Below are positions 25,845-38,800 of a stretch of DNA of 64,000 nt, in pieces (the first letter of the stretch is position 1; each line of letters opens with the position of its first letter). A model generated the notes under the pieces. The model was not told the DNA's origin, made no database searches, and was given only the letters and a program-made list of their open reading frames with translations. Source of the stretch: Phoronis australis. Taxonomy: Eukaryota > Animalia > Phoronida. The stretch spans positions 628,393-692,392 of the forward strand of contig NMRA01000203.1 of assembly GCA_002633005.1 (NCBI GenBank), in the 5' to 3' direction. Made by a program: the position numbers and the translations under genes.

Positions 25845-27370
25845 CTGAAATTACAGTCACATTTACATCTTTTTATTGCATTACAACCGTGTTTAAGTAT
25901 TGTCATGGTAATGATTATTAACATACATAAATTCTCCATTGCCACTGGCGGATGTCTCCTCACATCTCTTTGACACATGTTTGAACTAATATTAGCTTAG
26001 AGCTCGTATCATAAAGGTTCCTAGTTGTTAGGGATATTATAATTATTGTGTAGGTCGTTGACTCTGTGCAGAACGATTTGTTTGCATAGCATATGCTTTT
26101 ATTTCAAAATCGTCAGAAAGCATAATGGTACAAAAACCATGGAAACGCTTAGATTACAAACAAGGAAAGAGAGCATTGTTGATAAAATTTTCGTTTCTTC
26201 AAACAGCTTCGTTTTGGAAAACATTTAGAGAATATCTTCCTATTTTGCAACCTCTAATTCGTCGCAAAAAATAAAACAACGCGCTCTGTCATGAATGTTG
26301 TTTATACCTCATTAGTGCCTTGTGGATTTGAGACTTCACCTTGAACTGTCAGGTTCGAGGTCAAAAAACAGAAGCTGGTTAGAATATGAGCCACCCATTG
26401 AGGATTTAGATATATCGCAAAGTACGGGCGAAATTGCTCATCGGATACGGGGGAAAATTAGGGAAAATTCGGGCGTATCAAGAAAAAATGGACAGAGACC
26501 ACCCAATGGAAAAAGTACAGGAGAAATTATCGATAAAGTAAGTTGCGGTACCTATTCAACGTGGGAAGATAGCCGGATGGTCATTTAAACAAACTGTTGG
26601 GGACCGGGTGGAATGCATATACTTCACAAATAATTAGTCAAGCGATATTATATGAGAGGTTAAATTTGATAACTAATAGAAAGCAATTTGAATTCCATTT
26701 ACAGCAGACCAAAAATGTTCATCTAGGCTAATCATAAATTCAAATATTTCAATCTGCTTCATCATATATCACATAATGCAACTTTTGGCCCGATCACTGG
26801 AAAACATTTCTAAGAAAAAATCTGGTTCCGAGAACACGAAACTGAAAGCGCTCAGGGGCCAAGAAATCAAACTAATGGAGACTTTTACGAAAAATGTAGC
26901 AATAGCAAAGCAGAAACAGGTTCTTCTAATCTATGTCCAGGATTGAAACCAAGCGAAATCCCTCTTGAAATATCACACGCATCAAAGTGTAGCCTATCGC
27001 GGACGAGTCTCACAGCGTTAACAAGTCATATTCGGTGTGGTTGCAATATCATACACTGCTGGAATCGTCAGTGACCAAACATGCTACAAATGTATGCTTG
27101 GAGTTATCTCCGCTCCAATTTGAAACAGTAAATGTTCTAAAAATCTTTGCTCTCCGTTTTAGTGAAAGACAGCGTATTGGACGTTGATTACATATGCGAC
27201 TTTGTGGCGATGGCTTTACTAGCAGAAACGTCAAGAAATGTCGTTGACACCGATACATACGTCTAATGTAGATCTAGCCTCTACCGGAAAGTTGAGATGC
27301 ATTCACTAGCGAAATAGGTGTATCGGCCGTGATAAAACATCATGTGAAGAGGCAAATATGAGTGTAAATG

Positions 27371-27777
27371 TTGATGCATTAATAATGGCGCTGGCAACAG
27401 TAATATTGAACCGTGTGCCAGGGCTCTGAGGTGATGCATTAATACTGGCACTAGCGACAGTAATATTGAACCGTGTGCCAGGGATCTGAGGTGATGCATT
27501 AATAATGGCACTGGCAACAGTAATATTGAGCCGTGTGCCAGGGCTCTGAGGTGATGCATTAATACTGGCACTGGCAACACCAGGGCGGCTCTGAGGTGAT
27601 GCATTAATACTGGCACTAGCGACAGTAATATTGAACCGTGTGCCAGGGTTCTGAGGTGATGCATTAATAATGGCACTGGCAACAGTAATATCGAGCCATG
27701 TGCCAGGGATCTGAGGTGATGCATTAATAATGGCACTGGCAACAGTAATATTGAGCCATGTGCCAGGGCTCTGAGGC
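27371..27777. repeat. Minisatellite, 60-bp unit, about 7 copies (one internally deleted)
   Basis: TGATGCATTAATAATGGCACTGGCAACAGTAATATTGAGCCGTGTGCCAGGGCTCTGAGG repeated. Confidence 0.95.
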
Positions 27778-28632
27778 CTTTCATTTACTCTTTAAAGCGT
27801 TACATCCATTTAATCTCATCGGTTCATGCAATATTTCGAGTGCCAAAAATAAGATTTAGAAAACACAGCCGTGCCATACAACACTCGTGTGTTCCCGAAA
27901 GAAAGATGATCGGACAAAAACAGCATTACTGCTCCCAACAAGTGTTTCTACACGCCCTCTACCGATGATTATCATGGTCCTTAATCACCGATTTCTTTGT
28001 TTAGCATTCTGTGCCTGCTACGTTCTCCTTTTCTTCTTTTTGGTATTAGCGCCACTAGTTTAGACTACAATGAAAAGAATTCCGAGAAGACCGAAATATC
28101 GAGATTGAATCTGGTCTGGACACCCGTGCAAGCTAGCGGCGTGTACATAAATAAGAGAGGGCTGCTGTTGGGGTACAAGTTGCGTCGGTTGTACGACGCA
28201 GAAAAGCATTGGTTACGTCATGTAGTAGAGTGTTGTGTTAAACGGGAGCATTTGTAAAGAATAGGTGACGTAACAAATCCGTGAATTATGTTGAATCAAA
28301 CTTTGCGCTTCTAAATTGCCAATGCCTCCTTATTAGTTTCGTGAATAACATGTCCATTCATTTTCTGTACCTACGCTTTATTATACCCATCAACGTAGAT
28401 AGTTGTCAAACAAAATTCGCAGATCAGTCACATTCACGACATTCTACAAAAAGCTCTGTAGTTGGGGGGGGGGGGCACATTTTCTCACGTGGCTCCACCA
28501 ACGAAGAACTGCCCAACACCACCACTGCACATGCAGGTATGAGTAATTTCCGACGAAAAAGAAATCTTGTAATATCCCGGGCATCAAAAGCAGTGTCAAC
28601 AGACCATTACCATTTTGATAGCTTCTTCTGCT

Positions 28633-29087
28633 TACAACAACGGTTTTAAGTCGACTTGACATGTTTTGGTTTCATTAATTCAGACGCCATCATCAGAAGA
28701 GAGAATGCAGTGGCCACCTGGCTAGGCCCACCAACAAGTAATGAAGTACAGATACAGTCAGTTACAGGGAGTGACAATGAACTAGACCAACAATGACACC
28801 CTGTGGTGTGCCAGTTGCGTATTGAGATGGGCTTGCACCAACTGATGTGTAGAGCCTCACGAATTTTAAGCTCCTTTGTTGTTACTGCCTGGTCTATTGT
28901 TGCAGTCATTGAAAGAGCACTGACAATGATTGGAGTTCTGTAGGTGAATATTTACATGTGAACTTCTGTCAGAATTTATATGTTCCTTGGTCCTGGTTTT
29001 CAAATAGCGAACAGTTTCGCCTATATAACTGNGGTGTTTGAATAAATGACACCGAAACATGTCAAGTCGACTTAAAACCATTGTTGT
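28633..29087 (-). mobile_element. Penelope-like element 3' fragment: GIY-YIG endonuclease remnant with inverted terminal copies and hammerhead motif
   Basis: YIGETVRYLKTRTKEH..SSHV..H and LKIREALHI motifs; inverted repeat GTTTTAAGTCGACTTGACATGTTT; assembly n at 29032. Confidence 0.85.
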
Positions 29088-29287
29088 TTTCCTTAATATA
29101 TGCTGCTACTTGCTATCATGGAGTGCTTCTGCTTTCCTTTCTAGTACAATTTCCTGTTCTGAACTATTTTAAGCGGACTCACGAAATGTCGATTTCCACG
29201 GCATGTTATTGGGCAGTTTAGGGGAGCTACCTGGTAACTGACAATTCTGAAAGCGAAAGAATATATTTTTGTAGTAAGGTAACATAC

Positions 29288-29447
29288 GTGAAGTTGTACA
29301 GGAATGTATTTTCTTCCAGTGATTCCACTGTAACGAGATGTGACGACTTGGTGAGACAGTCATTTTCAGCTGCTTGCCAGTCTTTGGTGACAGCGAGACG
29401 TTCATAGCATGATGATCCAAAACGGGACCAACCATCTGGGCATCTTC
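29288..29447 (-). CDS. Lectin-D8C receptor exon: N-half of C-type lectin domain (GRCPDGWSRFGSSCY...DWQAAENDC...HLVTVESLEENTFL)
   Basis: Canonical long-form CTLD motif; ttcag acceptor, gtatgt donor; phase 1->2. Confidence 0.92.
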
Positions 29448-29914
29448 CTGAAGCTAGAATGGAAACGTTACCGTTCCGTTTCTGCTTCGCTTCAAATGGT
29501 CTCATTTCATTTAATTCAATGTCTAGACACAAATCACCCTTATTTAAAAAACGTGTTTTTGTTCTTTAAAACGACGAGTTAGCGTCCCTAATTACACATA
29601 ACATTATGGACCAAATGGATTTTATCGATAGCTTCAAACGGAATTTATTCAAGTTTGAAGTTTACGACTTCGCCTTGACCACTGCGTGAGACATTGAATG
29701 ACCACCCATAGCACATATTTTAAGTCAAAAGAAAAACATTTACCATGACAATGATATTGCGAATGAAACTGAAATACAAGAATAAAATATAAATTAATGT
29801 AGTAAAAATTCAACTAGTATTCTCAACTTAGGTGTAAACTTAAAAACAGCTGTAACAGATATTTTTAATAAACCATGATTACTTGAATTTTCCTAACACG
29901 CTAAAAACCACATA

Positions 29915-30242
29915 AGTAGTAAAGCAAGTCATTTAGGCGCCCCGTTTTTGCGGCTCCTCGGTCAAAGGTCATCAATCCGAAATGAAACGTCAACGGCCAC
30001 GCGTGATGGATACAATCGGAAGGGACGTCATCCGCCTACCAGTGTCAATGACGTCGCACCTCATTACGTAATAGGTTTAATTGGACCCGTTAGAGAGGCA
30101 CCTTTTTCCAAGGTCAAGGTCATGCGTGTAACCGGGAAACGTCGGCAAACCGGAACGAAGATGAGGTCGAATTGGAAATCACGTGATTGTTGACGTATCA
30201 GACAGGCAAAAACGGGGCGTCTAAATGACTCACTATACTACT
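29915..30242. mobile_element. 328-bp TIR element with AGTAGT..ACTACT termini and 6-bp TSD CACATA (Polinton/Maverick-like ends)
   Basis: ~37-bp imperfect TIR AGTAGTAAAGCAAGTCATTTAGGCGCCCGTTTTTGC; exact TSD. Confidence 0.75.
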
Positions 30243-31200
30243 CACATAGCATTGTATTTCTTCTTTAAATCTTGCTTTAAACCTCTATAGCTTTCAAACA
30301 GTTTCTAAGATTTTCGAAATTTGTTTTACTAGGAATTGTATAATCATTTTTTGAAATCGCAATTCATTTCATCATCATCAAAAAAATTTCAAGCCAACCC
30401 ATGCCAAATGACATCGTATGGAGGACCCAAGATATTGTTTATGTGCAAGATCCATGCGACGGGCTTAAGCGCGTCGCATGGTTATCGCCTTTGGGACACT
30501 TCCATTGTTTTCCTTTGTTGTGTCTTTGTTGGACATAACAATACAGGTCGCATGGATATCGTACTCTGGACGCATCAGCCCCGTTACCGATAAACGCTTG
30601 CCATTATCTTTATTATAAGAAAGAAAAACAAGGCTACAATGGATACGCCCATCTATCGATACCTATGAGACGAGCTTGCGTGAGATGGCAGCGCAATCAT
30701 TTATATTCTCTTTAAAGATATACTTTCCGCTTCATTTTAGTTAAAAAATTCAACAAACGGACTTTAAGGCAAGTTAGCTCAGTAGAAACATTTAAGCCTC
30801 ATGACGCTCCTTTAACACAATCCCAAATATTTTCAAACGTACTGAATTTAATTTGAATTTTTAAATTCTAAATTTGGGAATGTAAAGCTTGTAAAATTTG
30901 ATTTTTGATTTTTACTAATCTGTTATTACGTGAACATGGCTCTAGTAAACATAACTGAAGCTGTAATTAGAGACCTTGGCAGTCAAAAAGGAAGATTTAG
31001 AGGTTTTAGAAAAATTCGGAAGTGTTCATTTGTGATTGCCGAGTTTTTAGGTCTTATAAAAAATCCCAAACACGCTCTTATTATAAATATTAAGAATTTC
31101 GTGAGAAGATGTTTACATATTTGGATATCAATATCTAAACATGTGTTTAATAACAGTCTGAGATTTTCGTCGTACTTGTGGTAAATACTCAAAATTTTAC

Positions 31201-31285
31201 CTGTGCCGCAGACGTGTGTGCAGACGGTACAAAGAACAACAAGTATACGCACTGTCTTCTTAACTGTTTGCTGAGGACTTAATAC
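31201..31285 (-). CDS. Lectin-D8C receptor, first visible exon (signal-peptide-like: VLSPQQTVKKTVRILVVLCTVCTHVCGT)
   Basis: ttattttag acceptor, AG|gtaaaa donor, phase 0->1, joins the CTL exon in frame; hydrophobic core; ATG must come from an unidentified upstream exon. Confidence 0.65.
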
Positions 31286-33763
31286 CTAAAATAAGAAAAT
31301 TGTGGACATAAACCAGTATTCATGTGCATCTATACCTATCTACATGTATATTTACAAAAATATAAACTTGTACTTATAAATAATTATTCTGAAATCACGA
31401 CTTTCTTACAGTCTGAACATGAGCTTATGAGACATTATCGGTTTTACAGCCGAAAGACGCAGTTTTGGGGTTATTATTGGTTAGGATTAGATGTCCTGGA
31501 GATAACAGGTTTGACCTGAGCTACAAAACAACAAAACCCGGTTTGTTTTTGTCATTTTATCACAAATTGCCAACTCTCGCCGTTATCAGTCTTCCAGACG
31601 TTTGCTGATATCACGGCTGGTGACTTTACAAATAGAATACGCTCAAAATACTGCGCCACATACCTAGTGGGACTTAGTGCGGCCAACATGTGTTAGATTG
31701 GGACCGCTGGCATTGCAGGTGCGAGTCTGCGATGATGCTGATCCCTGAAAAGTACTTTTCTCGCCGAAATTATCTCTTTAACTCATGGAAGTAATTGCAA
31801 GGTGTCAAGTTCCTATTTTCTCTAAAATATCCATTTAGTCTCGAAATGTCCAATTAAAAATCAGAAAATGAAATGCCATGATTACATTGATGGTGTATTT
31901 TTAATGTTTAAGTGGGTTGTAAGTGATAATTCTTAAAGTGGTCATAAATCGAGTGTAATTTAACCTCGCCAGAAAGTCACTGTCTCATCCTTTATCAATA
32001 CGCACCACAGTGCTGTAATTACACACACAGTTGTTTGGAGTTTCCTGCTCTCCCGAATTTCTGTCATAGAGAATGATGATTAGTTCAGTCTAAGAAACTT
32101 TGTTGCTTTAATTTTTCATGCAAATTGTACCAATTCAACAAACAAAATAAACTTTATCAAACTCTGTCCCTTCGTCTGCTCCCAACCCCCTCTCCTAGTC
32201 TCCTACGACCCTTCTCCATGCTGAAGTTAAGTTATTCGTAACCAAAAGTAACACTTCTGGAACTAATTGGCTGAGTTAAAGTCGCGTTTGAAAAATTGAG
32301 CTACAGAAATTTCTCTAAGTTGCGTTTAGAAGGTGAAGCCAGTCAGCCTAAAGTCGCTACCGATAGTAATATGAGGTCACATTTAGCGGTGTTCGCCAAA
32401 TCAAACGCTCCACAGAAACTTTCAGATTACGGAAACATCACCTCGAATACCCTTCAGCTTATCCTCAATAGGTGTACCTATGGAGAGAAGATTTGTGTCC
32501 AACATCTTGTATGTACGCACTCGCAGAAGGTAATTCAGGTAATTTAGGTAATTCAAGCTATAGCCATGTGGCATTTTAGTTTGAGATCACACGTGGTGGA
32601 TCGGGATGACAGGAGGGACATACCGTGACATTGCACTTAAAACATACTGTCCAGTCCGTACGGCAATGTGTGTCGATGCTGAAGGCACATATTGTCGCAA
32701 TCGGCACATATGTTACGACAACATCTGTCACAACAGGGTGCTGGGAGATCAATTGCAAAAACGAAATACTTTCGCTGTATATTAATGGTAAAATTCACAT
32801 TTTATTCCTATTTTTAGTGTCATATTTCCCATTTTCACGCCAAAAACGATGTTATAGTTTTCTACATTATCATTTCGTTTTCTATTTATGTAACTATATT
32901 TTACAACCCCTCATACAAAAGTAGAGCATTTTAAAAACAATACCTGTCAGCGTATTGGGAATAGTGTTCAAAGCATAGCATGTAAAAGTCCCAGCCATTT
33001 CAGAGATATGGTGTTTTTGACTGCTTTCTAAATATCTTACATAACCTTAATTTGCATTGAATTAAAAGTACACGTGCCTTTAATCATCTTCATGAACACA
33101 AACACAAGTAAAGTTTCAATAAACAAAACAAGAACTTTTCTAAAACGTAACAACATGTTTCGGCGGCAAAACATCCAACATTGTCAAACATTATATAGAG
33201 AATGGATGCCACGATGGTATGCGCGCACCCAGGGGGCTCAAACTAGCCCTCCATTCGGCGAAATGGTAAAAGGTCCGCCTCAGCGAAACAAAAACTCCGA
33301 AAAAAGTAGTAAACGAGACAAAAATTAGAGCCCCCCATTTTTAGTTGGGGTTTGCGCATGAGGTACAGTACATAGAAAATTCCAAAACACGCAAAAAGTA
33401 CGAGTGTTAAAGGTAAGATTTCTTTCGCTCTAATATCCCATGTAGTGTATAAATTTGATTTTAGTTGTTGTTAAGCAACTTATATTGGTGAGAAAACTCG
33501 CCACTTGACTACAAGGATGAAGCGACACCTAGTTAGCGATAAGAACTTACTTATAGCTCCCTTGCGAAAAGTCGCGTGACAACCGATAAATAAACACTAA
33601 GTTTTACCCGACAGCCGCTGTTTGTTGGGTACAATGGCGGCTTGGACTCGAAACCAAGGGGTGTCAAGAATGTTACGTTCCGAATGGTCAGTTAAGCCGT
33701 CACTCAACATCCTGGCGATAGGTCAGTTCACATATCTTTTGACACTTGGAAAACAATGATTGG

Positions 33764-35548
33764 CCAAAACCCTTTTGTCCACCTGACGTCACACGCTTGC
33801 TAGCGCCGCCGGTGGAGGTCATGATAATTCGCGAATCGTGGTAACCACTGATTTAGCCTCAGTGGACATTAAAGCAGCAAAAGTCAGACCAGTCACCGAT
33901 AGATTTGTAAGAAATAATGCTTTGTATTGTGACTTTCGTCTTCCTCAAAAGTTCACACAGTGAATTCTGAGGTTGCATTGAATAAGTTTACTCAACTTGC
34001 GGGTGTCTGATGTCCACCTTACACACTCCATGCAGCGGTTGTGTTTAGGTTCCAGCTTCAGCCTCGTTTGATTTACAGCAGTGATAAGCTGTCTACTGTC
34101 TGTGAGTGGAATGTGGTCCAGCATTCGATAATTTCATTTTTATCTTTAATTATGAAAGTTAATCATAAATTAGCGTCGACCACAACGGTATGTTTTTGTT
34201 CTAAATCGATTCACATTTGCTAAAGATTCCCCTACATATCCATGAATAGTTCCATTGAAGAACAGCACTTTCTGTGGCCTGCATACATTACGGCGTTTTC
34301 CCGTTGCTCCCAACTTGTTCGATTCTATAGCCCAACAACAAGTTAGGAATTTTACTTCTGTAGCCAATATCTTACACGACTGATAAACTCCATTTTGGCA
34401 TTTATTGTTGGAGGGTCAGCTCTCTCTTTCTTGATAATTGCTCTAATCTCGGCCAATAAGATCGTATCTACCCTGACTGGGCTGTGCTGTTAAAAATAAA
34501 AGTTAAGTTATAACATATTTGAACATAAACCAATAGAATTTCTGAAATCTTCGTCAAATGGTGATCATGTTTAGTTTTTGAATCGCCAAAATCGCCCAAC
34601 TGCAACCGAAGTTAAGACAATCTATTCTTTCCGAATACCAATTCACTCCCAGTTTGACTGTGTTCACAGGTGGTTTGTAATAAGCCTGGTAGATAATTGG
34701 CCTGCTTGTTGTCATAACATACAAAAGACTGTGCTTGGCAGTTAACAAAAAAGCTAGATGTTATCACACGCTCAGAACGCCCGACGTGTGGTAAAGTCCC
34801 TGAACGGGAAAACGCTGTCATGTACAAATGGTGTCATCACCCTGAGTCAAGTTACCAGTTGTGAAAGTGGGCACTAGTATCTAGTTATTGCGATCCAGGA
34901 CCGGAGTTAAGAGTTCATACTGACCGCAACAACCTAAACCATCGACGCGTCGACGTTAGTATGAAAGGCCCTTTAAGTGACCTGCCCTTGTAGAGCCTGC
35001 AATATTCTGATTATTCTCCATTTCAAGGCAAAATATCAACATCAGTCAAAGTATTAATTCACAGAAAGTTTTCAATGAATTATTAATCCCAGATGTTAAT
35101 ATTTTTCCAAAACCCGGCTACAATACTTTTTAGCAGGTTACTCTTGCCTAGCTGCCTGTGATCAAACTTGGCAAGGACTGTTTTGATTAATTGGTGCGAA
35201 AAAGTTGATGTAGCAAATAGTATTCTGTGGTTCACTGGCACAGCCAGAACTATTAACAAAAGTTTCTCAAAAACTTCCCTTGGTGTTTCATAAACGTCGG
35301 TCCCGCCCAATAGCCGGCAACGTTTCTCATTTGCCTAACTGGTGATTGATAACCATTATTATGACATTCACAATTATCTACACGAAATTGACATTATATT
35401 CCATTCTTTTTTGGACATTATGATTCTACAAAAACAATGACTTCATTGACACTTGGCTTTCCACTAACTAGTCCATGAACTCGGTTCTTGGACCTCCACT
35501 ATAGAGGCGCCAGCTTGCGTGTGACGTCAGATGCCAAAAGGGCATTGG
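33764..35548. mobile_element. Non-autonomous DNA transposon with ~55-bp imperfect TIRs
   Basis: CCCTTTTG..CTGACGTCACACGC..GCGCC..GTGGAGGTC is inverted at 35490-35548. Confidence 0.6.
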
Positions 35549-35675
35549 TCAACATTCACCATTCTGCCAATGCACAGATTTCCCACCACGAATCGTTAAC
35601 ACTGCTACACTGAGTTGTGATTCGCTGATGGCTAGCCAATCCTGTTCTGGTATTTTTGCCTGTTTTGGAATTTTC

Positions 35676-35819
35676 TGTACCTGTAGCCATCCTGTCATCC
35701 ATTCTCTGTGTATTGTACCTGTAGCCATCCTGTCATCCATTCTCTGTGTATTGTACTTATAGCCATCCTGTCATCCATTCTCAGTGTATTGTACCTGTAG
35801 CCATCCTGGCATCCATTCT
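35676..35819. repeat. 39-bp tandem repeat, ~3.7 copies
   Basis: TGTACCTGTAGCCATCCTGTCATCCATTCTCTGTGTAT repeated. Confidence 0.92.
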
Positions 35820-38800
35820 TTGAATAAAGCTTGACAATGGTGCATGTTTTACCGCCAAAACATGTCGCTACATTTTAGAGAAGTTTTTGTCCTCATTCAA
35901 ACTTTATGAACTTCCCCTCAAGTGTAACACCTTTTGAAAATTGCTACAACATAGGCCACGTGATTAATTTTACAGAAACTAGGAATTAGTACTGTTGATC
36001 TTCACATTCATTTTTATGGTATTCATAAAAGTACGATATTATTGATGAGGACGCTTTGTAACAGATTATAGCATCGGAAAGGCACACAACCGCAACGTCA
36101 GACGCCTCGCTTCAACGTAAGTCCAGCTTAAAAACTAACCACGGCTTGCGAGTCCAATAAACAATTACGGTGTCACTATTCAGTGGACAACGTCATAAAT
36201 GACACATAGATTAATCATTTTAAAAACTCATTCTTCATACACATCGTTTCAACACCCCCGTCACGCAAAAATAAATGCGACTTGTCAACCCAATTTGCCG
36301 ATGTGCTCGGTTCTTCGTGTGGATGAAACATCTTTGATATTGGAACATTCGAACACCGAATGATAAAAATGAATAACAGAGACTCGACGGAGGGCGTATT
36401 TCGACTAATCAACTAGCGAAGCACCCGGTGTTACAGTTAATCACCACCAGCTGGTTGTGATGCAGGGATCACGTGATAATTTCCCTGCGCGTTCGGAAAT
36501 TTGATAATTGTACATTAATCAAAATGAACAACAGCGTGTCATGGATGAATAGTTTTCAGTGACTACAATGCAACAATATGGCCTAAGCAGCAAAACTGAC
36601 CCCCCTCACTGAAGGCAAAACGTCTGGCGTTTGTATATAATACAAGCATGAATATGATGACCATCGCAAATGGCTTCGTTACTTTTTTATCAGATTCGAA
36701 ACATGTTTGGTCGTCAAGCTGACGAAAAAAAAGAAACATGTTTACTTCGAGGAAGTCATTTCCGCCAATACCAGCTGCACTACTACGTGGGTATTGTAAA
36801 ACTGACAAAATGTTACGAAATGGTTAATCATCAAAGAAGTGCGTAAACGGGCAACAGACGCACTTTGGTGTTTGACAAACAACAAGAGTCAGGTTGGATT
36901 CACTTTTTCATACCACAGCATCTCTTAAGCTCGTAACGCAAGAAAAGGCTGCGAGTTTTGGTTTCCGGAGAAGGTCCAATCAAGGAACGCCAATGCGTTG
37001 CTGCGATTCTCTTGAATATGTTCATGTGAGTTTGACTGCCGCAGACTATTGCTTTCATAGTGAGAGAATGTTGATAAAACTGAATAATGCTCACAAAAAG
37101 GGTGATTTCAACGAATATAATTGCCTTCGCTAAGGCAAAGAACCCAGCCTAATTTAATGCCACGGCACTTCGCGAATGCAGTTATGTGCCTCGTCCGTGA
37201 ATATCACATAATAAACAGTGCCTCATGTTGCAGATGCATCGTATCAACCCCGTAAGCGCAATAATAACTTGAAGGGACAATGCTAACATAAAATCGCATA
37301 CTGTTTGTCTCCATAAGTGTCATTTTACCATATTGGTATCACAGAGAACAATTCAACATACCTTCATATTATCCTTCCTTTTATATGCGTATGCTAATCC
37401 AGCTTACATGCGTATGCACTTCGATCAGGCTTTCGATAAGACGTTTATTGGAAGGTCATGGAAAATCAATCCCAAAATCCACCATTGTCCCAATGAGAGT
37501 AATCGATAGCAATTAAATGTCTCATGATCTGTTGTACACACATTAACCGATCGATCATTTTTGCAGAACTCGATTGCGGTATGGTTAGTCAGTGCACATG
37601 TGTAGAAAATGGACTTTTGATCCTGGTTACTGATTTTACGGAGCAAAAAGATGAACGCAAAATGCCTCCTTTTTCAGAGTTTGGTACATGGGGGGTTGAG
37701 TCTGTCTTCTTGACGTTGTACTGAACGTAAATAAGCCTCTGCTTTATCAGCGCCGGACCTATATTGAGAATTAGTACATGCGCCTATGCGCGAACCATTT
37801 GAGTAAAACCATGTTTGACATTAATGCTCCTGAGTAGGTGTACCTCATAACTAAAACTATTCTCAACTATTTGACTCAAGGAACGTACTGGCAATTCTTG
37901 TGAAGAAAATAGGGCCGCATATAGGTAGCACCAGGACGTCATTACCAGGAAAGAACAACTAACTAAACTGCCGTTTTGGGTCTCCTTCTCCATGATGTTT
38001 TATTTAAAAGAAAACAAATTATTTCATCAGAATGTGTAAAGCTTTTTCTGAAGAAGGATATCGATAAACTCCCTTTGCAACATTCAACAGCGGTATAATT
38101 TTGTTCTTTGAAAATATCACTCATTGCACGCAATCGCGATTTCCCACACGCAGCCTCTATTCGGTTATTTACGCTTTTCCGTCGCTGTATAGATGGCGCA
38201 GTAGTCAATTTCTCCCTCATTAGCATATCAAACTTGCATGCTGTAATTGAGTTTTGCTCGTTAGTTGCTATATTAAATTGTATATTTACGTGAGTTTGTA
38301 GTAGATAAAGTGACAAAATATCTCATTTTGACGGATTTTATCCAGCAAGAAAAGTTATGTGGGACACGTTGTGTCGGCTCCGTTTAGGGAAGCAATATTT
38401 GAGGAGTGGTCCGGTCTAGTCTTCCGTGAACTAAACCGGAATATTGTGGATGGAATCGCCATAATTGGACTTAAGAAGAAAATAATTATGATCGACACTG
38501 ACATGCGAAGTGTCAGCAGTGCAGTGTGCAAAGCAGCTTGTTTATGAGTCCTCTGGCCCCGTCAGCGCGTGTTCTGAGCGACTACTAGTAGGCCTAGTAC
38601 CAGTACAGTCACTATAAGCACGGACAGCACCACTGCTGGAAGTGAGTAGACGGAATCTTTCCCCCGGCCCCAGTTGGCGTACCTCAGGACTCCCACCCCA
38701 GCCTGATTGCGGTTCAATGGCAGCTGGTTGTGATGGGGGGATGTTTCAAAGGCGATCAGAAAAATTCTGGTTGCTATGACCATTTGTGCAGATAAAATAG

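Noticed and set aside
27281-27784. 167-aa repetitive ORF (LRALAHGSILLLPVPLLMHH)n
   Set aside because: By-product of a 60-bp minisatellite in the phase-2 intron splitting the CTL domain; inclusion would disrupt the fold and no convincing splice sites were seen
32576-32758. Cys-rich ORF (WTVCFKCNVTVCPSCH) as an upstream lectin-gene exon or zinc finger
   Set aside because: Ends in a stop with no compatible donor and lies upstream of the signal peptide; unsupported
34170-34367. ORF with YVGES resembling half of a GIY-YIG motif
   Set aside because: No first GIY motif or downstream conserved Glu/Asn; lies inside a decayed TIR element
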